A stretch of 56,243 bases of DNA from an uncultured Gammaproteobacteria bacterium (GTDB lineage Bacteria; Pseudomonadota; Gammaproteobacteria; Steroidobacterales; SZUA-146): the NCBI GenBank assembly GCA_963922815.1, contig CAWUKD010000005.1, positions 1 through 56,243 of the forward strand, given 5' to 3'. Below the pieces are notes generated by a model, which made no database searches, was not told where the DNA came from, and worked only from the letters and a program-made list of their open reading frames with translations. Positions 48,325 to 56,243 of this stretch are shown here, piece by piece. A program made the position numbers and the translations under genes. Positions within the stretch are counted from its first letter, which is position 1. Every line of letters starts with the position of its first letter.

Positions 48325-49655
48325 TGACGCGCCCGGTTTGCGCTCGCGCACCACGGACAATAGCTCCAGTAATCGGCCGCAAGGCCCCACTGGCATTTAT
48401 GGCAGCGCTGCATGCCTTTGAACGTCCATTTTTGCTGCGTTTTGGCGTGACACCAAGGACAGTACTTCATGAAGGGCATTATAGGCCCACTGCAGCTCTT
48501 TCGCTGACAAACGGCGGTATACCGCTTGTCGGCACGACGCTTTGTATCGGTTTCAAAGCCTGAGCCGTAGCACCAGGGACAGTACTGCCAGTCGTTTTTG
48601 ACCCCGTGCTTGCAGTGCGGGCAAACCGCCGCGTAGCGGGTATTGTCAGGCTGTCCGGCGGCCCTGGCCTTGCACCACGGGCAATACGTCATGGCCTCGG
48701 ACACCGGCCCCTGGCACTGTTTGCAGCTTAAATGAGCGTCGAGCGACCGTCCAAAGCCGCGCTGAAACTGCTTGAACTGAATCTCCCGCCAGTGACGACC
48801 GTTTTTGCCGCCGGTATAGGTACGCCCCGACGCAACACGACCATTGCTGCCGCGCGATTTGCCGTGCAGCTGTCCGCGGCGTTCGAGTGCTTTCCACGCG
48901 TTTCGCATGGCGACACCGTCACGAAAACGCTTGTTAGGTTGAAACTCCAGCGCGCGTCGTAAAAACTCAACCAGGTTCGGATGCAGCCGCTGCTTGAGGC
49001 GCTTGTGCCCGGAAGACGGCCAGCGAAACGGCCACTCGTACAACACGCCGCAAAACATCTGATGCAAGATCAGGCCTACGGCAAACACGTCAGAGCGAAA
49101 GGACGGACGCCCCATCGCCTGCTCCGGTGCCAGGTAACCCAGCGTTCCGGATCCCGATGCCTGAATCGTCTTGTAGGTAATTTTGGCGATACCAAAATCC
49201 GCCAGCCGCAGCCGGCCGTCACCAAACAGAATCAGATTGGCGGGCTTGATATCGCAATGCATGATGCCCTGTTCGTGCGCATAGGCCACGCCGCAGATCA
49301 GCTGGCGCGCGTAGTCAAATCCCTTTTCGGCGGACAGCCTGCGTTTCAAGCGGTCTTCCAGAGTTTCGGTGCCGAGCGGAGTCACCATGGTAAACACATC
49401 GTCAACGAAACTGGCGTCTTTCAACGGCAGGACATTGGCATGATCGAGCCGTGAGGCAATGCGTGTTTCGCGCAAAAAATCCGCCAGGTAGTCTTTGTTC
49501 GACGTGTCTTTGTGCGGCAACTTGAGCGCCACCTTCACCTGTTCGATGGTGTCGCAGGCGCTGTAGACATTGGCGTAAGGACCACGCAGCAGACAGCCCT
49601 CGATACGGTATTTACCGTGACGCTGGCGTTTACGAAAGCGAATTTCCTGGTGCAT
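48321..49655 (-). CDS. Hanks-type Ser/Thr protein kinase with four C-terminal zinc ribbons
   Basis: VALK, E, HCDIKPAN, ADFG, GTLGYLAPEQ, SDVFAVG, R. C-terminus has CKQC/CPHC/CQRKSC/CHKC, each followed by CPWC. Confidence 0.92.
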   Translation of the reverse strand: MHQEIRFRKRQRHGKYRIEGCLLRGPYANVYSACDTIEQVKVALKLPHKDTSNKDYLADFLRETRIASRLDHANVLPLKDASFVDDVFTMVTPLGTETLEDRLKRRLSAEKGFDYARQLICGVAYAHEQGIMHCDIKPANLILFGDGRLRLADFGIAKITYKTIQASGSGTLGYLAPEQAMGRPSFRSDVFAVGLILHQMFCGVLYEWPFRWPSSGHKRLKQRLHPNLVEFLRRALEFQPNKRFRDGVAMRNAWKALERRGQLHGKSRGSNGRVASGRTYTGGKNGRHWREIQFKQFQRGFGRSLDAHLSCKQCQGPVSEAMTYCPWCKARAAGQPDNTRYAAVCPHCKHGVKNDWQYCPWCYGSGFETDTKRRADKRYTAVCQRKSCSGPIMPFMKYCPWCHAKTQQKWTFKGMQRCHKCQWGLAADYWSYCPWCASANRARQ

Positions 49656-50126
49656 GAAGCTGGTTATATCGTCCTGAATAGTGAATCTGAAACGCGCCCG
49701 TCGGTGGCGCCTTCAAGGACTCGATAGTTTACCAAAGTCTGCCATGGCACGGGCCACGTCCCTGATTCAGAGCCGCGGTTGTAACCGCCTGGTGTGTCGG
49801 TTCTGAAGGCCTCATTCCTGCCAGCACCCACCGGCGACGGCGACGGATGATCACAGGGTCACAGCGGCCAACCGCTAATGACCTCATCAACAAACCGTCC
49901 GCCGACAGGCGCCACTTGCCAACATAAAGCGCGGATCCCTTGTGACCTACTTTCTCCCGGGTGCGAACCGCACTTCGTTCAACTCCCCGCGTGGCCGGGA
50001 CGGCGACGAAATCGATGCCTGCGGAAGGTCAGTACCAGAAGCGACGCACTGTGGCCCAAGCTGGCTGCCTCTTTTTGAAAGCCGGCCGCCAGAGCGCTTT
50101 GGTTTCAATCAACACCAAATTGCGCC

Positions 50127-50154
50127 TTGAAAAAAAACCTGACCTCTGTAGCAT
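50127..50154 (+). promoter_or_regulatory. Candidate sigma70 promoter for serC
   Basis: TTGAAA-N16-TAGCAT, 46 nt upstream of the serC start. Confidence 0.4.
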
Positions 50155-50200
50155 TAATCGGGCGACGGCGGCGCAAACCGCCAATAACCAGAGGTTACAC

Positions 50201-51394
50201 ATGACTACTCCACTTCAGGGTGGGTCCGGGCGACCGTCTATGCGTCCGGCAGACCCGCGTTTTTCTTCGGGCCCGTGCAAAAAGCATCCGGGCTGGACTC
50301 CCCAAACATTCACCGACCAGTATCTTGGCTTCAGCCATCGTGCGCCCGCGCCCAAAGCGCGCATCAAGTCCGTTATTGACCGCCAGGCGCAGCTTTTGGG
50401 CCTGCCGGAAGGCTGGCGACTCGGCCTGGTGCCGGCGTCCGACACCGGTGCGTTTGAAATGGCCATGTGGTCCATGCTCGGCCCGCGAGGCGTTGATGCT
50501 CTGGTCTGGGAGAGCTTTTCGTCGGACTGGGCCAACGACATTAAATCCCAGCTCAAACTCGACGATGTGAACTACCTGCGTGCCGAATACGGCGAGCTGC
50601 CGGACTTTGGCGCCGTTAAAGCCGATCGCGACGTGGTGTTTGTTTATAACGGCACCACCAGCGGTACGCGCGTTCCAAACCTTGACTGGCTGGACCAGAA
50701 CCGGGAAGGGCTGGTGCTGTGCGACGCCACGTCCGCCGCGTTTGCCATGCCGCTTGATTTCGCCAGGCTCGACGTTGTCACCTGGTCATTTCAGAAAGTG
50801 CTCGGCGGCGAAGCAGGCTTCGGCATGCTGGCGCTGTCACCCAAAGCGGTGGAGCGGCTGGAGTCCTATGCTCCTGACCGACCGCTTCCCAAGATCTTCC
50901 GTCTGACCAAGAACGGCAAGATCAACGAGGGCATTTTCAAAGGCGCCACGATCAATACCCCGAGCATGCTGGCGGTTGAAGACATGCACTCTGCCCTGGA
51001 CTGGGCACAGGACGTCGGCGGGCTCGATGCCCTGTTCGAACGCACCGGCGCCAACTTCACCGCGCTGGACACCTGGGTCAATGACCGCGACTGGATTGAC
51101 TGGCTGCCTGCTGATCCGGCGACCCGCTCAAGTACCTCGATGTGTCTGAAAATAACCCACCCCGTGTTCACCGGGCTGTCTGACGATGCCCAGCGGGACG
51201 CGGTTAAAACGTTCTGCGGCTGGCTCGCCGAAGAACAGGTAGCGTTTGACATAAATGCCTATCGGGCAGCGCCGCCGGGGCTGCGGATCTGGGGCGGCGC
51301 CACGGTCGAAGCCTCTGACATCGAGAACATGCTGCCCTGGCTCGACTGGGCGTTCGCACGCTGGTTACAAGAACATTCACAAGGAACACTCTAA
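50201..51394 (+). CDS. serC: Phosphoserine aminotransferase (alphaproteobacterial/Methanosarcina-type)
   Basis: FSSGPC.K.PGW, SHR, PASDTGAFEMAMWS.LG, NGTTSG.RVP, CDATSAAFA, SFQK.LGGE, TINTPSML, YR.APPGLRIW.G. GAGG RBS before 50201. Confidence 0.93.
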   Translation: MTTPLQGGSGRPSMRPADPRFSSGPCKKHPGWTPQTFTDQYLGFSHRAPAPKARIKSVIDRQAQLLGLPEGWRLGLVPASDTGAFEMAMWSMLGPRGVDALVWESFSSDWANDIKSQLKLDDVNYLRAEYGELPDFGAVKADRDVVFVYNGTTSGTRVPNLDWLDQNREGLVLCDATSAAFAMPLDFARLDVVTWSFQKVLGGEAGFGMLALSPKAVERLESYAPDRPLPKIFRLTKNGKINEGIFKGATINTPSMLAVEDMHSALDWAQDVGGLDALFERTGANFTALDTWVNDRDWIDWLPADPATRSSTSMCLKITHPVFTGLSDDAQRDAVKTFCGWLAEEQVAFDINAYRAAPPGLRIWGGATVEASDIENMLPWLDWAFARWLQEHSQGTL

Positions 51395-52983
51395 TGACGA
51401 CTCCACTACGCGTACTTATTTCAGACACCATGTCCAGCCAGGCCGCTGCGGTCTTCAAGAGCCGCGGCATAGAAGCCGTATCGGCGCCCAAACTGTCACC
51501 GGAAGAACTCGCCGACATTATCGGAGACTTCGACGGACTGGCCGTGCGCTCTTCAACCAAAGTAACGCCGGAGCTGTTGAAACATGCGTCGCGTCTCAAA
51601 GCTGTGGGACGCGCCGGTATTGGTACCGACAACATTGACAAAGCGGCCTGCACCGAGCAGGGCGTGGTGGTCATGAACACGCCGTTTGGCAACGCCATCA
51701 CCACGGCCGAGCACACCATCGCCATGATGTTTGCGCTCGCTCGTCATATTCCTCAGGCCAATGAATCGACCCATGCCGGAAAATGGGAAAAATCGAAATT
51801 CATGGGCACCGAACTGACCGGCAAGATGCTCGGCATTATCGGTTCGGGCAACATCGGTTCGATTGTGGCCCGCAAGGCCATGGGCGTTGGCCTGCGGGTG
51901 CAGGCCTATGATCCGTTCCTTACCGAGGAGCGCGCGGACAGCCTCGGCATACGCAAAGTCGAACTCGACGAGCTTCTGGGAAGTTCCGACATCGTCTCTC
52001 TTCACGTTCCTAAAACCCCCGAAACACTCAACATCATCGACGCCACTGCGATCAATAAAATGAAGCAGGGTGCCATGCTGATTAACTGCGCTCGCGGCGG
52101 CCTGGTCGACGAACTGGCGCTGCTCGCCGCGCTAAAAAGCGATCACCTGCACGGAGCGGCGCTCGATGTCTACGTTGAAGAGCCCGCGAAAGAAAACCCG
52201 CTGTTTGGCCTGCCCAACATTATCTGCACGCCTCACCTGGGTGCGTCAACGCAGGAAGCACAGGAAAAAGTAGCCGTTCAGATCGCCGAGCAGCTGTCTG
52301 ACTATCTGCTCGACGGCGCCATTTCAAACGCGCTCAACGCGCCGAATCTGACTGCTGAAGAAGCCATTGTGCTGACGCCCTATCTGAATCTGGCCCAAAA
52401 CCTCGGCGCCTTTGCCGGCCAGCTCTCGCGCGAGCCGATCAAGGGCATCACGGTGTCGTTCTTTGGTGACGTGACCCAGCTCAACACGGAACCGCTGGTC
52501 ACGCAGGCCGTTCAGGCTGTACTGGCGCCCAGCAACTGCAACGTTAACGCCGTCAACGCGCAGCAGGTCGCACGTGACATGGGTATTCGCGTTACTACGG
52601 CCAGCTCAGAAGTTGAAAACGAATATCACAACCGGATTACGCTTGAAGTTAAAACCGAGAGCAAAACCCGTTCCGTGAGCGGCACCATGTTCAAGAAGGT
52701 TGGCCGGATTGTCGACATTACGGGCGTCAAACTCGAATCGGAGTTTGGGCCCCACATGGTGTATCTGACCAACGAAGATCAGCCCGGCGTTATCGGCTCG
52801 ATCGGCATGTTCGCGGCCCAGCACAAGATCAACATAGCGAATATGCACCTGGGTCGCAGGAACAATGGCGGCAAAGCCATTGCACTGCTCGAAGTGGATG
52901 CTCCACTGGAAACCGAACAGCTCGCCGGCCTCCGCACCCTGGAACACATTCAGGATGCCCAGAGCCTGCGGTTCGGCGGCTAG
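51394..52983 (+). CDS. serA: D-3-phosphoglycerate dehydrogenase, long form with C-terminal ACT
   Basis: GRAGIG.DNID, MNTPFGNAITTAEH, GSGNIG, INCARGG, TPHLGAST.EAQE, NEDQPGVIG...NIANM.LGR. TAATG overlap with serC. Confidence 0.95.
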   Translation: MTTPLRVLISDTMSSQAAAVFKSRGIEAVSAPKLSPEELADIIGDFDGLAVRSSTKVTPELLKHASRLKAVGRAGIGTDNIDKAACTEQGVVVMNTPFGNAITTAEHTIAMMFALARHIPQANESTHAGKWEKSKFMGTELTGKMLGIIGSGNIGSIVARKAMGVGLRVQAYDPFLTEERADSLGIRKVELDELLGSSDIVSLHVPKTPETLNIIDATAINKMKQGAMLINCARGGLVDELALLAALKSDHLHGAALDVYVEEPAKENPLFGLPNIICTPHLGASTQEAQEKVAVQIAEQLSDYLLDGAISNALNAPNLTAEEAIVLTPYLNLAQNLGAFAGQLSREPIKGITVSFFGDVTQLNTEPLVTQAVQAVLAPSNCNVNAVNAQQVARDMGIRVTTASSEVENEYHNRITLEVKTESKTRSVSGTMFKKVGRIVDITGVKLESEFGPHMVYLTNEDQPGVIGSIGMFAAQHKINIANMHLGRRNNGGKAIALLEVDAPLETEQLAGLRTLEHIQDAQSLRFGG

Positions 52984-53204
52984 CGGGACCGGGCGGTACG
53001 TTCAGCGACGTGTGTGCTATCGGGAATTGATCTGGCAAGCGACGAGAGTGCAGCAATAAGACCTGCGCTTTTGACTCGCAGCGTGCAGTCAGACCGATCC
53101 GCAACATCCGCTGATACTGCCCGGCATCGATATGATTGATAACTGCATCGGCGGAACCGGCCACAAACCGGTTCCGCTCTAACTCTCACAAAAACAGGTT
53201 CGCC

Positions 53205-54167
53205 GTGACGCCATCAACAGACCACTCATCGAATCCAGGCCAAACCGCCACAGCCGCGATTGCGGGCGACTCACCAGGCTGGGCCGCTCAGAACGCGGCC
53301 GGCGACTACCTGATTAAACTGGCGGCCCCGGAACAGGCGCTGGCGGGACACTGCGAGACCATAACCGCGCTGATGGCGCGGTCGGGTATCACCTCTACCG
53401 GAGACTGGATACCGACCCCGGCAGGCAGCGAGCTGCACATCACCGCGAGTGGCAGCGGTGCCTGGGCTTTGTGGCAGGCCCTCACAGAGGCCATATCATC
53501 GGCCGATGTCTGGCTGTGCGCCGCCGGGCAGCCGGTCACGCGCCTGCTGATCTGCGATATGGACAGCACCCTGATTACCACCGAATCACTCGACGAACTC
53601 GCGGCCTTCGTAGGCATTGGCGAACAGGTGGCCACCATTACCTCGCGCGCCATGAACGGTGAGCTCGACTTCGTCGAAGCGCTCAACGAACGCGTGGGAC
53701 TGCTAAAGAATCTGGACTACTCGGTCGTGGAGCAGTGCGTAGCGGAAACCCGATTGAATAAAGGCGCCCTTGAACTGATCGCGCACGCGCGCAATTGCGG
53801 TGCGCGAACCGTTCTGGTGAGCGGCGGATTTACCCCGTTTGCCGAGTTCGTCGGACAAAAGCTGGGCTGCGATCGCATCGTAGCCAATACGCTGGAGATC
53901 GCCGACGGCGCCCTCACCGGCCGCGTCCTCGATCCGATTGTCACCAAAGACACCAAGCTCGACGTACTGCATGAAGAGTGTCAACAGCTCGGCATCACAC
54001 CCGAAGAATGCTGCACCATTGGCGACGGGGCAAACGACATCCCGATGCTCGTTGCTGCGGGTACCGGCGTGGCCTACCGGGCCAAAAACGTTGTGCTCAA
54101 AGCCACTCCGCATCATCTGAGCCACGCCGATCTCAATGTGCTGAACCACTGGCTGCGCTGGCCGTAA
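53205..54167 (+). CDS. serB: Phosphoserine phosphatase
   Basis: HAD motifs CDMDSTL, ESLDELA, AMNGELDF, VSGGF, K, GDGAND. Start uncertain (GTG 53205 or TTG 53136). Confidence 0.9.
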   Translation: MTPSTDHSSNPGQTATAAIAGDSPGWAAQNAAGDYLIKLAAPEQALAGHCETITALMARSGITSTGDWIPTPAGSELHITASGSGAWALWQALTEAISSADVWLCAAGQPVTRLLICDMDSTLITTESLDELAAFVGIGEQVATITSRAMNGELDFVEALNERVGLLKNLDYSVVEQCVAETRLNKGALELIAHARNCGARTVLVSGGFTPFAEFVGQKLGCDRIVANTLEIADGALTGRVLDPIVTKDTKLDVLHEECQQLGITPEECCTIGDGANDIPMLVAAGTGVAYRAKNVVLKATPHHLSHADLNVLNHWLRWP

Positions 54168-54445
54168 CCCCATTGACAGCGGTTCGGTCACGGCGACCGG
54201 CTGTGCGGTCTACACCGGTTTAGCCCGGCCAGAAATCGCTAAAAGCTAAATCCATGTTTTTATTGGCCATTGCGCGCTTATGTAAAAGCATCCCGGAAGA
54301 ACGGCCGTTCATCGCCCGGGACTCTTGCATCATTGAGAACTATTTCGGCGCTAACCTCAGCAAATGTGTACATTTTCTGGTAGAACGTTAATCTATAGTT
54401 TCTCAATTAACGGTTTAACAGATCGATGATCACAGCAGGTACGCA

Positions 54446-56243
54446 ATGAGCCGCCGCACGAAGCCTACGGACGTTACCGATCCGGACTACTTTCATAAAG
54501 TCGTAGATTGTCAGTGGGCCTGTCCAGCTCATACCGACGTTCCCGAATACATTCGACTCATCGCGCAGGGTCGCTTTGGCGACGCTTACATGAGCAATCG
54601 TCGATCGAACGTCTTTCCAGGCATTTTGGGGCGCGTTTGCGATCGCCCCTGCGAACCCGCCTGTCGACGCGGCCGGGTCGAAGACAAACCCGTCGCTATT
54701 TGCCGATTGAAGCGCGTCGCTGCAGACCATCGGGAAGACATTACCGACCGACTGCCCACCGCGCCGACTGAAAAGAACGGCAAGAAAATCGCGCTGATTG
54801 GTGCCGGATGCGCGTCATTGGCCGTAGCCAACGATCTCGCACCACTTGGCTATGACTGCACCATTTTTGAGGCGCTGGATACCACGGGCGGCCTGATGCG
54901 CACCAATATTCCGCGTTTTCGCCTGCCGCCAAACGTACTGGATGAGGAAATCGGCTACATCCTCGACATGGATGTGACGCTGAAAACCAATTCACCGGTC
55001 AACAGTTTTAAAGAATTCCTCGACACCAGCGATTACGACGCGGTATTCGTCGGCACCGGCGCACCCAAGGGCAAGAATCTCTCTTTGCCGGGTCGCGACG
55101 AGGCGAGCAATATCCACATCGGTATTGCCTGGCTTGAATCGGTTGCGTTTGAGCACGTGAAGGAAATTGGCGAACGGGTGTTGATTATCGGCGTGGGCAA
55201 CACGGCTATGGACTGCTGTCGTACGTCGCTGCGACTCGGCGCGACCGACGTCAAGGTCATGGCGCGCAAGCCGCGAGAGTTCTTCAAGGCCAGCGCCTGG
55301 GAGCTCGAAGACGCGGAAGAAGAGAACGTTAATATCATCGTCAACCACTCGCCCAAAGAATTCGTTGTTGACGATGGCAAGCTGATTGGCATGCGTTTTG
55401 ACGTCATGGAATATAACGTCGACGACAACGGCAAAATCGACCGCGGTACGGCCGTCGATGAAGTGTTAATCGAATGCGATGATGTCATTCTGGCGATTGG
55501 CCAGGACAACTCCTTCCCCTGGATCGAGCGGGATATCGGCCTCGAATTTAATGATTGGGACTGCCCTGTTGTTGACGAGACAACATTAATGTCCACGCGC
55601 GAAGGCGTATTCTTCGGTGGTGATGCCGCGTTCGGACCCGGCAACATTATTGAAGCCGTTGCCCAGGCGCATGAAGCCGCAATTTCAATCGACAAGTACT
55701 GCCATGGCCTCGATGTCGGTGATCGACCGGCCCGCGGAGTCACGCTTTCGAGCCAGAAAATGGGCATTCACGAATGGAGTTACTCCAATGACTATGACGG
55801 CTCCGACCGTCGTCTGATGCCCCATGTTGACCTGAAAGAGCGGTTCAAGAACATTGATATCGAGGTTGAACTGGGCTTCGGAGCAGATCAGATAGCCACC
55901 GAAGTCGAGCGCTGCCTGAACTGCGATATTCAGACCGTGTTTGAAGCCAGGCTGTGCATCGAGTGCGATGCCTGTATCGATATCTGTCCGGTCGATTGTC
56001 TGACCATGACGCCCAATGCGCCTGAAGACGAATTACGCCTGCGTCTGAAAGCACCGGCTACCAACACGGATCAGGATCTGTACGTGTCCGAAGACCTTCC
56101 CCAGACCGGTCGGGTGATGGTGAAAGACGAAGACCTGTGCGTCCACTGTGGATTGTGTGCCGAACGCTGCCCGACAGGCGCGTGGGACATGCAAAAATCG
56201 AACATCTTCCTGCCTCAGGTAGATGACCTGCCAGCGCCGGCAC
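54446..56243 (+). CDS. GltD/SudA-like FAD-dependent Fe-S oxidoreductase with C-terminal ferredoxin domain (3'-truncated; not in ORF track)
   Basis: Translated by hand: MSRRTKPTDVTDPDYFHKVVDCQWACPAH...CDRPCEPACRR...IGAGCAS...IGVGNTAMD...CLNC...CIECDACIDICP...CVHCGLCAERCP. No stop codon seen before the window end. Confidence 0.9.
   Translation, partial: MSRRTKPTDVTDPDYFHKVVDCQWACPAHTDVPEYIRLIAQGRFGDAYMSNRRSNVFPGILGRVCDRPCEPACRRGRVEDKPVAICRLKRVAADHREDITDRLPTAPTEKNGKKIALIGAGCASLAVANDLAPLGYDCTIFEALDTTGGLMRTNIPRFRLPPNVLDEEIGYILDMDVTLKTNSPVNSFKEFLDTSDYDAVFVGTGAPKGKNLSLPGRDEASNIHIGIAWLESVAFEHVKEIGERVLIIGVGNTAMDCCRTSLRLGATDVKVMARKPREFFKASAWELEDAEEENVNIIVNHSPKEFVVDDGKLIGMRFDVMEYNVDDNGKIDRGTAVDEVLIECDDVILAIGQDNSFPWIERDIGLEFNDWDCPVVDETTLMSTREGVFFGGDAAFGPGNIIEAVAQAHEAAISIDKYCHGLDVGDRPARGVTLSSQKMGIHEWSYSNDYDGSDRRLMPHVDLKERFKNIDIEVELGFGADQIATEVERCLNCDIQTVFEARLCIECDACIDICPVDCLTMTPNAPEDELRLRLKAPATNTDQDLYVSEDLPQTGRVMVKDEDLCVHCGLCAERCPTGAWDMQKSNIFLPQVDDLPAPA

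Noticed and set aside
49656-50200. Alphaproteobacterial serC leader RNA or an N-terminally extended SerC
   Set aside because: No recognisable leader motif; the promoter-like element and RBS support the start at 50201.
54407-56243. Several minus-strand ORFs in the track
   Set aside because: All are shadows of the plus-strand Fe-S flavoprotein starting at 54446.
1-56243. tRNA/rRNA genes, IS elements, prophage or known defence systems
   Set aside because: No such motifs or genes were recognised; the macrodomain and HD genes lack the partner genes of DarTG, Pycsar or CBASS.

Overview
A 56-kb, GC-rich bacterial chromosome segment that looks gammaproteobacterial (aroE, tesA-ybbAP, yrdA, gor, prlC-xthA, tesB). 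No rRNA, tRNA, CRISPR array, integrase or transposase was recognised. The first ~33 kb is mostly housekeeping, peptidase, lipid and membrane genes, with accessory genes interspersed: LemA plus a GIDE/EF-hand partner, a PDE-like HD protein, a lamin-tail VPLPA-CTERM protein, an orphan macrodomain, CBS+SLC13, and a secreted hydrolase+DUF4785 pair. The most unusual part is ~35-50 kb. It holds a four-gene operon (Ser/Thr kinase with four CxxC..CPWC zinc ribbons, PP2C phosphatase, TPR lipoprotein, FG-GAP/ASPIC-UnbV lipoprotein), a second paralogous TPR+ASPIC-UnbV cassette bounded by an exact 13-bp direct repeat, a VPLPA-CTERM surface protein, and a 1235-aa S8 protease ending in a TSP3/dockerin-like Ca-binding tail. 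The window ends with a serC-serA-serB cluster whose SerC and SerA are of non-E. coli type, and a GltD-like Fe-S flavoprotein that is missing from the ORF track and runs off the edge. All family assignments come from motif recognition by eye; no searches were run.
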